In this document: piece by piece, positions 41,001 to 52,254 of the stretch
Numbering within the stretch: the stretch's first letter is position 1
Layout: each line of letters starts with the position of its first letter
NCBI RefSeq assembly: GCF_963921235.1
Contig: NC_086107.1
Span: forward strand, 103,666,001 to 103,730,000
DNA length: 64,000 nt
Direction of reading: 5' to 3'
Origin: Mobula hypostoma
Lineage: Eukaryota
The notes under the pieces: model-generated
Told to the model about the DNA's origin: nothing
Seen by the model: the letters and a program-made list of their open reading frames with translations, nothing else
Databases searched by the model: none
Program-made: the position numbers and the translations under genes

Positions 41001-41194
41001 CTCATCCCAATGGCTACAAATTTGCCCCATCACCTGCCTGTCTTTCCTGACATCTTTACTGCTCACTATCTTAGATTTATTTCTGTTTTCCCCTTCCTCC
41101 GCTCTATCATTCCGGTTCCCATCCCCCTGCCAAATTAGTTTAAACCCTCCCTAACAGCTCTATTAAACTTTCCTGCCAGGATATTGGTCTCCTT
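38051..41194 (-). mobile_element. Young CR1 LINE, truncated in ORF1, with uninterrupted ORF2
   Basis: (ATGGTCTT)n tail at 38051-38076; ORF1 end TNILAGKFNRAVREGLN*; possible CACCAT duplication at 38050 and 41195. Confidence 0.95.
38154..41066 (-). CDS. CR1 ORF2: APE endonuclease plus reverse transcriptase (970 aa; frame stays open upstream to the ORF1 junction)
   Basis: YLNARS, ITETW, GDFN and SDH endonuclease motifs; YLDFQKAFD, GVPQGS and FADD RT motifs. Confidence 0.95.
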   Translation of the reverse strand: MSSKDVRKDRQVMGQICSHWDELQCNEVAVKSKQKISNTGLKVLYLNARSIRNKVDDLVVQLQIGRYDIVAITETWLKDACLWELNVQGCTVYWKDRKVGRGGGVALLVKNEINSLERGDIGLEGAESLWVELRNSSGKRTLMAVIYRPPNSCRDVDYKLQLEIEKACQKGSVMIIVGDFNMRVDWENQVGTGSQEREFVECLRDGFLEQLVVEPTRGSAVLDWVLCNEPEVIGEIEVKEPLGVSDHNMIEFTVKLEKEKPKSDVSVFQWSKGNYSGMREELAKVDWKETLAGKTAEQQWLEFMREMRNVQDRYIPKKKKFSSGKRMQSWLTKEVKAKVKAKERAYKEAKISGKREDWEVFKTLQKETKKVIKREKINYERKLANNIEEDTKSFFKYIKSKRQVRVDTGPIENDAGEIVMGDEETAEELNEYFASVFTEEDSSIPDTQGWQGREACAVTVTTEKVLRKLNRLKVDKSPGPDGMYPHVLKEVAVEIAEALAMIFQKSIDSGMVPEDWKIANVTPLFKKGARKQKGNYRPVSLTSVVGKLLESIVKDEVTEYLEAYDKIGRTQHGFLKGKSCLTNLLQFFEEITSRLDKGVAVDVVYLDFQKAFDKVPHMRLLNKIRAHGITGKLHTWIERWLIGRKQRVGIKGSYSGWLPVTSGVPQGSVMGPLLFTLYINDLDYGTNGFVAKFADDTKIGGGAGSAEETESLQRDLDRLEEWAEKWQMKYNVGKCMVMHFGRKNKPADYYLNGERIQSSEMQRDLGVLIQDTLKVNQVESVVKKANAMLAFISRGIEYRSRDVMLRLYKALVRPHLEYCGQFWSPYLRKDMLTLERVQRRFTRMIPGMRGLTYEERLSALGLYSLEFRRMRGDLIETFRMLKGMDRVDVAKLFPMMGESSTRGHDLRIEGRPFRTEMRRNFFNQRVVNLWNLLPRAAVEAKSLGVFKAEIDRYLSSQGIKGYGEKAGEWD

Positions 41195-41523
41195 CACCAT
41201 GTGTGAACAGGCCCATGGACAATAAGAATATCAGGAGCCTCGGGCTGAGGGACAATCTAGACTTGCAAAGGCAGAGTTTGGTGTGTGGTGTGGGGATTGG
41301 GAGCTCAACGAGTCAATGGGCTGGTTTGCTGCTCAACAAGGCAGACCAGACCCAAACCTTGCCCACGATCCCACGAGGCAGATCTGTACGTGCGTACCCT
41401 CGATTGTGGTCATTGCTCGCAGGCCCCACCGTTAATTACCTTTGTGAAAGAGGTGGTGATCTTCTTCCCCGAACTCCTACTTCAGAGGAGGAGGAACGTG
41501 TGGTAGGATTTAACCATATTTAA

Positions 41524-41975
41524 AGAGGGTGGAAGGTCTTATGCTATCCATTCGAAGTAGGCTGCTGTGGGTTTATTGCGTTCACTTTCCAGAAGTGGCT
41601 GCGTGACCTTGGCTTCACTAGAAGAGAGATCAAGTCAACCAGCAGGGCTGTAGCTGAGGCAGCAGAGACAGGATCAGCATGGGTGTGGACCAAGTATGTC
41701 CAGAGGGACAGATAGTCAAACAGTGTACACATATCTTGCAAACCCTTCAGTAGTTGCATAGACACCTGAAGAGCAGACTATCTGTTGGATGGAAGTGACC
41801 AACAACTCTGATAGAGGCAGATGCCAAATTTTTAAGCTCACCAGTGGGAGGTGGTGCTTTAGCACTGCTGGCCCACCACCTCGAGGGAGTCTTGATCATA
41901 AGCGGACCGAAACTCCTGAAGACAGGTGGCAGATCAACTGATGATCCCACTGGTGATAGCACAGGACAGTTAACA
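41524..41975 (+). mobile_element. HERO/NeSL-type (RLE endonuclease) non-LTR retrotransposon 3' fragment
   Basis: 41524-41715 reads RGWKVLCYPFEVGCCGFIAFTFQKWLRDLG...AVAEAAETGSAWVWTK...*, matching the recalled PxEVGCRGF...AEAAExxSxWxW terminus. Confidence 0.7.
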
Positions 41976-42822
41976 TCTTAGTCCACGTGTATTTTCAATC
42001 CTATTTATTTGTTGAGATACAGTGTGGAATAGGCCCTTCAGACCCTTCAAGCCTCACCACCCAGCAACCTCCAACTTAATCCTGACAATTCAATTAATGT
42101 TAAGGCATCCGTTAATCTTGCGAGACCATGGATCTGCGCCTGGAAAGTCTTCACTCTCCAGGGCGCAGGCCTGGGCAAGGTTGTATGGAAGACCAGCAGT
42201 TGCCCATGCTGCAAGTCTCCCTCTCCATGCCACCAATGTTGTCTGAGGGAAGAGTACTAGGACCCATACAGCTTGGCACCGGTGTCGTCGCAGAGCAATG
42301 TGTGGTTAAGTGCCTTGCTCAAGGACACAACACACTGCCTCAGCTGAGGCTCGAACTAGTGACCTTCAGATCACTAGACCAACGCCTTAACCACTTGGCC
42401 ACACACCAACATAGTAGCATAGGTAGCATAGCGGCTAGCTTAACTCAGTTACGGCACTTGTGACCCACGTTCAATTCCCGCTGCTGTCTGTAAGGAGTTT
42501 GAACGTTCTCCCCATGACCGCATGGGTTCCCTCTGGGTGCTCCGGTTTCCTCCCACATCCCAAAGATGTACAGATTAGTAGGTTCATTGGTCTCATGGGT
42601 GTTCTGGGGTGGTGTGGCCTCACTGGGCCTGTTACAGTGTAGTACCCAAATAAAACTGCACCATGTAAACAGTTCTTGTGCAGTCTATGCTTTAATAAAT
42701 TAGAGACCATCTGCTTTCTTGTAGATCCACTGCAGACGCTTCATATTTGCGGGCGCAGTTAATACGGTTAACTTGACACTGCTTCAGTGACCGGTTACTA
42801 GCTCTCGTTTCTTTCCCCTCAG

Positions 42823-42887
42823 GGCGGAATGAGTTAATTGCCAGATACATCAAGCTGCGCACGGGGAAAACACGGACTCGGAAGCAG
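42823..42887 (+). CDS. TEAD exon, TEA domain (GRNELIARYIKLRTGKTRTRKQ)
   Basis: 65 nt; acceptor tttctttcccctcag, donor CAG|gtttgt; phase 1 start matches the previous exon; invariant TEA sequence. Confidence 0.97.
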
Positions 42888-42916
42888 GTTTGTCCAGAAC
42901 TTTCTGAAAGTGTTGT

Positions 42917-42948
<32 letters not shown>

Positions 42949-43448
42949 TTATATGTACAAGGCGCATCAGACAGCCACTCTTTCCCAGAGCAACAATGGC
43001 TAATAGGAGACAACATAATTTTAAGGCGATTGGAGGGAAGTATAGGGGGGGATGTTAGAGGTAAGTTATTTACCCGGAGAGTGAAGGGCGCGTGGAACGC
43101 GGTGGTAGAGGTGGATATACTTAAAAGACTATTAGATAGGGCCATGAATGACAGGAAAGTGGTGCGCTATGTGGGAGGGAAGAGTTAGATTGACTTTGGA
43201 GTAAGTTGAAAGGTCGACAATCATGGGCTAAAGAGCCTGTACTGTTCTATATACACACACAAGTATATGCAAGCTGTGTGTCTGATGCCTATACATACGG
43301 ACTATATTCTCGGTGACTGTGGCGTTTGGCTGTGGGTGAGTGGTCCCTAGACGGGCAGCTTCGGGCTGGCGATCTCTCCCGGTCACGGTGGACGGACAGT
43401 GAAAACCCTGCCCCTAACTCCAGAGTTGCCATCTCCCTTCTCCGACAG

Positions 43449-43511
43449 GTATCGAGTCACATTCAGGTACTTGCTCGACGGAAGTCCCGTGAGATACACA
43501 GCAAACTGAAG
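43449..43511 (+). CDS. TEAD exon, TEA recognition helix (VSSHIQVLARRKSREIHSKLK)
   Basis: 63 nt; acceptor ctcccttctccgacag, donor AAG|gtaagg; phase 0/0. Confidence 0.97.
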
Positions 43512-44069
43512 GTAAGGGCTCACCTGCTCTCACAGCTTGTGACTTCTAACCCTCCTCGCGGGCAGCTTGATGAACAGAATACATTGAATCCTTTTTTATT
43601 ATGTTTTGTAACTTCAAAACATTAAACTAATTCAAATGCAAGTCCCAAAATGCTGGGGCAACTTCTAGTTTACTTTAAGTGAGGCGCGCACGTATCACGA
43701 GCGTGATGATGTATACCATCAACGTATGCGTCCATATAACCGGTAATGAATTGTTTAAAGCAACAGGAAAGCTTAATCGAACAATATATACACAAGATTA
43801 GTCAAATGTTATTGACATATCAAACACACAACAGTTTTGAAAGAATTTAAGTGTCCATACCATTTCTTATCACTAAATAACAGGCACATAACTTCACCGT
43901 AGCTGCCCCTGGTGGTAGGCAGCTGGACTGTACAACCTCAGTGTCGCTGCCTCTTTTTTCTTGGTTGTCGCTCAGTCTCACTGCCTTGCCCTGGTGAACA
44001 CAAAACTTCACTCTCCCTTTGCGGGGGGAGCGGGGGTATTCAAAGACTCACAGTAAATGCTGTTCCTTA

Positions 44070-44660
44070 GGGGCCTGCAGAGATTCGGCACGACATCACA
44101 AACTTTGGCAAACTTCTATAGATGTGCAGAGGGAATTGCGCCGACTGGCTGCATTATGGGAACACCAACGCCTTTTGAGTGGAAAATCCTACAAAAGGCG
44201 GTGGACTCAATCCATACATCACGTATAACGCCCTCCCAACCAGTGAGCACATCTACATGAAACACTGCGGTAGGAAATCAAATCAAATCAAATTTAATTA
44301 TCATTCAAACCATATATGAATACCCCTGAACAAGTCAGTGTTCCTTTGGGGACAGGGTGCAAAGCATCCAAAATAGTGAGCAGCATCCATAATCCGAGAT
44401 CCCCACCATCCAGGCCATGCTCTTTTCTCGCTGCTGCCATCTGGTAGAAGGTACAAGAGCCTCAGGACTCGCACCACCAGGTTCAGAAAACAGTTACTAT
44501 CCCTCAACCATCAGGCTCTTAAACAAAAGGTGGTAACTACACTCATTTGCCCCATCCATTGAGATGTCCCCACAAGCAACGATCTCACTTTAAGGACTCT
44601 TTATCTTGTGATCTGATGTCCCCATTATTTATTGCTGTTCACTTATATTCGCACTTGCAC
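44070..44660 (+). mobile_element. Rex1-type LINE 3' fragment, interrupted
   Basis: FLRGLQRFG...LANFYRC motif; HHPGH region downstream. Confidence 0.7.
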
Positions 44661-44665
44661 AGTTT

Positions 44666-45150
44666 ACATAGAATATAGAACAGTACAGCACAGTACAGGC
44701 ACTTCGGCCCACTATGTTGTGCTGACCCTCAAACCCTGCCTCCCATATAACCCCCCACCTTAAATTCCTCCATATGCTTGTCTAGTAGTCTCTTAAACTT
44801 CACTAGTGTATCTGCCTCCACCACTGACTCAGGCAGTGCATTCCACGCACCAACCACTCTCTGAGTGAAAAACCTTCCTCTAATATCCCCCTTGAACTTC
44901 CCACCCCTTAGCTTAAAGCCATGTCCTCTTGTTTTGAGCAGTGGTGCCCTGGGAAAGAGGTGCTGGCTATCCACTCTATCTATTCCTCTTGATCTCTTGT
45001 ACACCTCTATCATGTCTCCTCTCATCCTCCTTCTCTCCAAAGAGTAAAACCCTAGCTCCCTTAATCTCTGATCATAATCCATACTCTCTAAACCAGGCAG
45101 CATCCTGGTAAATCTCCTCTGAACCCTTTCCAATGCTTCCACATCCTTCC
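44666..45150 (-). mobile_element. CR1 3' fragment
   Basis: ERVQRRFTRMLPG...FFTQRVVGAWNALP motif. Confidence 0.9.
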
Positions 45151-46784
45151 TTTGTTGTCTTCTCTGTTCTACTTGCTCTTTCATTGACCCTGTTATAGTT
45201 ACTATTCCATGGATTCGCTGACTCTGCCCACAGGGAAAAGAACCTTGGGGTTGTAGGTGGTGGCATGATAATAAAATTCACTTTAAGCTTGAACCCAAGG
45301 ATGCATTGTAACTGCCCCAAGGTGTACACGACCATGTCGCAACTGGCTCCAGTGCAGAGACCAGTCTGTTGTAATTGTCCCTGGCATAGTACTATTGACC
45401 AAGGGCAGCATCTAGGATCCTGTTGTTTAGCTCAACGGCTACACCAAGACGTTGTTCTCACTTGAGCTCCACTCTCAGAAGGCTGAACTCCCAACCAGAG
45501 GAGTCGTTGGCTCGGAAGGGCAAAGTCTTTGGAGCAGCCACCTACAACTGCTTCAGTGGTGATCTCCCTCCTGTCGTTTCAGCAGTGGAAATGTCCGCTG
45601 ACAATTGGAACCGTGCGCACACTGTTCCCAACATCAGAACAGTTAGCTGGTGAGTGGCAGGTTACTCTCTTCCCCCACCCTCACACAAGAGTCAGGTAGT
45701 TATTATCCCTAACCACCTAAAAAGTTCAAAAGCAAAGTAAAATTGTTTTCAAAGAACATATATGTCACCATATATTACCCTGAGATACGTTTTCTTGCAG
45801 AAATTTCAACAGAATCAGTGAAAAACTTAACACAAACTAAGACTGGCAAACAACCAGTGTGCAAAAGAAGATAATCTGTCCAAGTAAATATATAGATAGA
45901 TAAATGATACTGAGAACGTGAGTTGTGGAGTCCTTGAAAGTGAGCCCATAGGTGGTGGAGTCAGTTCACTGTTGAGGTGAGTGAAGTTATCCACTCTGGT
46001 TCAGGAGCTTGATGGTTGAAGGGTAATAACTGTTCTTGAACTTGGTGATGTGGGACTTAAGGCTCCTGTACCTCTGTCCCAATGGCACCAGCGAGAAGTG
46101 AGCGTGACCTGCTCGTCTAAGGTCTTTGACGCTGCTTTCCTAAGTCGGTGCTCCTCGTAAATCTACTTAATGGTGGAGCGAGCTTGGCACTGGGCTGTAT
46201 CCACCACTTTTTGCGAGCTTTTCTGTTCTTGGGCAGTGGTCTTTCCGTACCAGGACGTGATGCAACTTGTCGGAATGCAGTCACTGTGCCTCCATAGAAG
46301 TTGCTCAAAGTCTAGGATGACATGCTGAATCTGCACGTTTCTAATAGAGCCGCTGTTGTGCCTTCTTTGTAACGTTCTGTTGATGTTCAACCACGTTACT
46401 ATTTTTGTTCCCCACTATCCACAAGCTGAGGGGTCAGCTTCGTCAGAAACACGAACAATAGGGTTACAAGAGCTGTTTGTACTTTCCGTGACAAATGAGC
46501 CATCTCTTTATCCTACCAACAAGGCATACATTAGGACAGTATTGGATATTTTTCATTGCTTGGGTGAATTTAACTCTGAGTTTAAACACCATCCATGACT
46601 TGATTCTCTGCCCTATCCATTATACTAATTTCCACACCACACCAGCGCCACCTAGCTGCAGTATGTAAAATTGTCACATGCATCGCCCTTGCATCTGGAC
46701 CTGTGATCTCTACCACCACGAAGGGCATGGACACCAGAATTATAGGTCCATCACCCTCTGAGTCTACCGTCCTAGTTGGAAATG

Positions 46785-47904
46785 CCCTCAGTGACCACTT
46801 TATTAGGCCCATTCATACACATGCTCTTCAGGGTAACTATCAAATCAGCCAATCGTGCGATGGCAACTCAATGCATAAAAGCATGCTGACATGGTCACGG
46901 GGTTCAGTTGTTGTTCAGACCAAACATCAGAAAGGAGAAGAAATATTGTCTAAGTGACTTTGACCGTGGAATGATTGTTAGTGCCAACTGAATGGTTTGT
47001 GTATCTCAGAAACTGCCAATCTCCTGGGATTTTAGAAAATAGAACATAGAAATCTACAGCAGATTACAGGCCTTTCGGCCCACAATGTTGTGCTGACCAT
47101 GTAACCTACTCTAGAAACTGCCTAGAATTTCCCTAGGACATAGTCCTCTATTTTTCTAAGCTTCGTGTACCTAAGAGGCTCTTAAAAGACCATATTGCAT
47201 CTGCTTCCATTGCCACCACCAGCACTGCATTCCATGCACCCAAGATTCTCTGTGTGAAAAACTTACCCCTGACATCCCCTCAGTACCTATTGCCAAGCAC
47301 CTTAGAACTATGCCCCCTCGTGTTAGCCATGGTAAAAAGCCTCCGGCTATCCACAAAATCAATGCTTCTCATCATCTTATACACCTCCATCAAGTCACCT
47401 CTCACCTTCAGTCGCCAAGGAGAAAAGGCCAAGCTCACTCAACCTATTCTCATAAGTTATGCTCGCCAATCCAGGCAACACCCTTGTAAATCTCCTCTGC
47501 ACTCTCTCTGCAGCATCCATATCCTTCCTGTAGTGAGGTGACCAGACGTGAACACAGCACTCCAAGCGGGGTCTTATATAGCTGCAACGTTACCACGCAC
47601 AATGGTCTCTAGAGTTTACAGAGAATGGTGCATGAAACAGAAGAACGTCCAGTGAGCAGCAGTCCCATGGGCAAAAACACCTTGATAATGAGAGAGGTCC
47701 GAGGAGAATGGCCAGACTTGTTGAAGGTGACAGGAACTCAAATAACCTCGTGATACAACAGTGGTGTGCAGAAGAGCATCTCTGAACGCGCAACATGTTG
47801 AACCCTGAAGTGGACGGGCTACAGCAGCAGAAGACCATGAAGATACCCTCAGTGGCCAGTTTACTGCGTAGAGGAGGGATCTAATAAAGTGGCCACTCAG
47901 AGTG
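46785..47904 (+). mobile_element. Internally deleted Tc1-like element (third copy) with nested CR1 (~47035-47590, minus)
   Basis: Same TIRs and HTH remnant on both sides of the CR1 insertion. Confidence 0.75.
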
Positions 47905-48702
47905 CGTCGCTGTTCCTCTTGTCACTATTTGTTGGAACTCCCCGTCCAGCAGAATGGTGTGAATAGCATCACACAAAGGACTCTGCAGCAGTGAAAGTCT
48001 CCCACCATCGCCTACTCAAGGCAGCCTGGCATTTACAATGAACGCTGGACAATTGCCTGCAATGCCCACGTCCTGCTGCCCACTTTAATTAATGTTCAAA
48101 TTCTGACGTTCTGCTCCGAACCACACTGAGTGCTCTGTTAAGAATACAGTAGGTTTGAGGGGAAATATTCCTTCTGCAGTTAGAATCCCTGGCTGAGCTG
48201 AACAGTTTGGTCCTTCTCGAATAGGGGTGAGATCAGTTAACTTCAGATACCAGCCCTGTAAATGAGCAGCAGCTATAATGGGGAACAAATTCTTCCCGCT
48301 GTTAATGCAAGAGGTTCTGCAGATGCTGGAAATGCAGAACAACACATACAAAATGGTGGAGGAACTCAGAACCAACTTTAATATCACTGGCACATGTCAT
48401 GAAATTTGTGGTTATGTGGTCACAGTACATTTAATAATTAAACTCTGTGAATGACAGTATTAACTATATATTATACTGCACCCACTGTGGAAGGGCAGTA
48501 AATATATATATTTTAAAAAGTTAAATTCAAGAAGTTTTTTAAAAAGAGGAAAAAAGTACTGAGGTAGTGTTTATGGATTCCAAAGTCCAATCAGAAATCT
48601 GAAGGTGGGGGGTGGGTGAGGGGGGGAGGCAATTCCTGAATTGTGGAGTGTGTGCCTTCAGGTTCATCAATCCTGGCTGATGGGTGCCCTTAATGATGGA
48701 CG

Positions 48703-51700
48703 CCTGTAGGAGGGGCAGTACTGAGGGAGCGCCCACTGTAGGAGGGGCAGTACTGAGGGAGCGCCCACTGTAGGAGGGGCAGTACTGAGGGAGCGCCCAC
48801 TGTAGGAGGGGCAGTACTGAGGGAGCACTCACTGTAGGAGGGGCAGTACTGAGGGAACACTCACTGTAGGAAGGTAGTACTGAGGGAGCACCCACTGTAG
48901 GAGGGGCAGTACTGAGGGAGCACCCACTGTAGGAGGGGCAGTACTGAGGAAGCACCCACTATAGGAGGGGCAGTAGTGAGGGAGCGCCCACTGTAGGGGG
49001 GTGGTACTGAGGGAGCACCCACTGTAGGAGGGGCAGTACTGAGGGAGCACCCACTGTAGGAAGGTGGTACTGAGGGAGCACCCACTGTAGGAGGGGCGGT
49101 ACTGAGGGAGCACTCACTGTAGGAGGGGCAGTACTGAGGGAGCACCCACTGTAGGAGGGGCAGTAGTGAGGAAGCACCCACTATAGGAGGGGCAGTACTG
49201 AGGGAGCACCCACTGTAGGAGGGGCAGTACTGAGGGAGTGCCCATTGTAGGAGGGTGGTACTGAGGGAACGCCCACTATAGGAGGGGCAGTAGTGAGGGA
49301 GCGCCCACTGTAGGAGGGGCAGTACTGAGGGAGCACCCACTGTAGGAAGGTAGTACTGAGGGAGCACCCACTGTAGGAGGGGCAGTACTGAGGGAGCACC
49401 CTCTGTAGGAGGGGCAGTACTGAGGAAGCACCCACTATAGGAGGGGCAGTAGTGAGGGAGCACCCACTGTAGGAGGGGCAGTACTGAGGGAGCACCCACT
49501 GTAGGAGGGTGGTACTGAGGGAGCACCCACTGTAGGAGGGGCGGTACTGAGGGAGCACTCACTGTAGGAGGGGCAGTACTGAGGGAGCACCCACTGTAGG
49601 AGGGGCAGTACTGAGGGAGTGCCCTCTGTAGGAGGGGCAGTACTGAGGGAGCACTCACTGTAGGAGAGGCAGTACTGAGGGAGCACCCACTGTAGGAGGG
49701 GCAGTACTGAGGGAGCACCCACTGTAGGAGGGTGGTACTGAGGGAGCACCCACTGTAGGAGGGGCAGTACTGAGGGAGCACTCACTGTAGGAGGGGCAGT
49801 ACTGAGGGAACACTCACTGTAGGAAGGTAGTACTGAGGGAGCACCCACTGTAGGAGGGGCAGTACTGAGGGAGCACCCACTGTAGGAGGGGCAGTACTGA
49901 GGAAGCACCCACTATAGGAGGGGCAGTAGTGAGGGAGCGCCCACTGTAGGAGGGTGGTACTGAGGGAGCACCCACTGTAGGAGGGGCAGTACTGAGGGAG
50001 CACCCACTGTAGGAGGGTGGTACTGAGGGAGCACCCACTGTAGGAGGGGCGGTACTGAGGGAGCACTCACTGTAGGAGGGGCAGTACTGAGGGAGCACCC
50101 ACTGTAGGAGGGGCAGTACTGAGGAAGCACCCACTATAGGAGGGGCAGTACTGAGGGAGCACCCACTGTAGGAGGGGCAGTACTGAGGGAGTGCCCACTG
50201 TAGGAGGGTGGTACTGAGGGAACGCCCACTATAGGAGGGGCAGTAGTGAGGGAGCGCCCACTGTAGGAGGGGCAGTACTGAGGGAGCACCCACTGTAGGA
50301 AGGTAGTACTGAAGGAGCACCCACTGTAGGAGGGGCAGTACTGAGGGAGCACCCACTGTAGGAGGGGCAGTACTGAGGAAGCACCCACTATAGGAGGGGC
50401 AGTAGTGAGGGAGCGCCCACTGTAGGAGGGGCAGTACTGAGGGAGCACCCACTGTAGGAGGGTGGTACTGAGGGAGCACCCACTGTAGGAGGGGCGGTAC
50501 TGAGGGAGCACTCACTGTAGGAGGGGCAGTACTGAGGGAGCACCCACTGTAGGAGGGGCAGTACTGAGGAAGCACCCACTATAGGAGGGGCAGTAGTGAG
50601 GGAGCGCCCACTGTAGGAGGGGCAGTACTGAGGGAGCACCCACTGTAGGAGGGTGGTACTGAGGGAGCACCCACTGTAGGAGGGGCGGTACTGAGGGAGC
50701 ACTCACTGTAGGAGGGGCAGTACTGAGGGAGCACCCACTGTAGGAGGGGCAGTACTGAGGGAGTGCCCTCTGTAGGAGGGGCAGTACTGAGGGAGCACTC
50801 ACTGTAGGAGAGTCAGTACTGAGGGAGCACCCACTGTAGGAGGGGCAGTACTGAGGGAGCACCCACTGTAGGAGGGGCAGTACTGAGGGAGTGCCCTCTG
50901 TAGGAGGGGCAGTACTGAGGGAGCACCCACTGTAGGAGGGTGGTACTGAGGGAGCACCCACTGTAGGAGGGTGGTACTGAGGGAGCATCCACTGTTGGAG
51001 GGGCAGTACTGAGGGAGAACCCACGGTAGGAGGAGAGATACTGAGGGAGCACCCACTGTAGGAGGGTGGTACTGAGGGAGCGCCCACTGTAGGAGGGTGG
51101 TACTGAGGGAGCGTCCACTGTTGGAGGGGCAGTACTGAGGGAGCACCCACTGTAGGAGGGTGGTACTGAGGGAGCACCCACTGTAGGAGGAGCGATACTG
51201 AGGGAGCACCCACTGTAGGAGGGTGGTACTGAGGGAGCATCCACTGTTGGAGGGGCAGTACTGAGGGAGCACCCACGGTAGGAGGAGAGATACTGAGGGA
51301 GCACCCACTGTAGGAGTGTGATACTGAGGGAGTGCCCACTGTAGGAGGGGCAGTACTGAGGGAGTGCCCACTGTAGGAGGGTGGTACTGAGGGAACGCCC
51401 ACTATAGGAGGGGCAGTAGTGAGGGAGCGCCCACTGTAGGAGGGGCAGTACTGAGGGAGCACCCACTGTAGGAGGGTGGTACTGAGGGAGCGCCCACTGT
51501 AGGAGGGGCAGTACTGAGGGAGTGCCCACTGTAGGAGGGTGGTACTGAGGGAACGCCCACTATAGGAGGGGCAGTAGTGAGGGAGCACCCACTGTAGGAG
51601 GGGCAGTACTGAGGGAGCACCCACTGTAGGAGGGTGGTACTGAGGGAGCACCCACTGTAGGAGGGGCAGTACTGAGGGAGCACCCACTGTAGGAGGGTCA

Positions 51701-52254
51701 GTACTGAGGGAGCACCCACTGTAGGAGGGGCAGTACTGAGGGAGTGCCCTCTGTAGGAGGGGCAGTACTGAGGGAGCACTCACTGTAGGAGGGGCAGTAC
51801 TGAGGGAGCACCCACTGTAGGAGGGTGGTACTGAGGGAGCACCCACTGTAGGAGGGTGGTACTGAGGGAGCACCCACTGTAGGAGGGTGGTACTGAGGGA
51901 GCACCCACTGTAGGAGGGTGGTACTGAGGGAGCATCCACTGTTGGAGGGGCAGTACTGAGGGAGAACCCACGGTAGGAGGAGAGATACTGAGGGAGAACC
52001 CACTGTAAGAGGGTGGTACTGAGGGAGCGCCCACTGTAGGAGGGTGGTACTGAGGGAGCGTCCACTGTTGGAGGGGCAGTACTGAGGGAGCACCCACTGT
52101 AGGAGGGTGGTACTGAGGGAGCACCCACTGTAGGAGGAGCGATACTGAGGGAGCACCCACTGTAGGAGGGTGGTACTGAGGGAGCACCCACTGTAGGAGG
52201 AGCGATACTGAGGGAGCACCCACTGTAGGAGGGTGCTGCTGAGGAAGCACCCGT
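48703..52254. repeat. 31/32-bp minisatellite (CCCACTGTAGGAGGGGCAGTACTGAGGGAGCA)
   Basis: Roughly 110 units; internal 953-nt duplication shown by four ORF pairs offset by 953. Confidence 0.97.
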
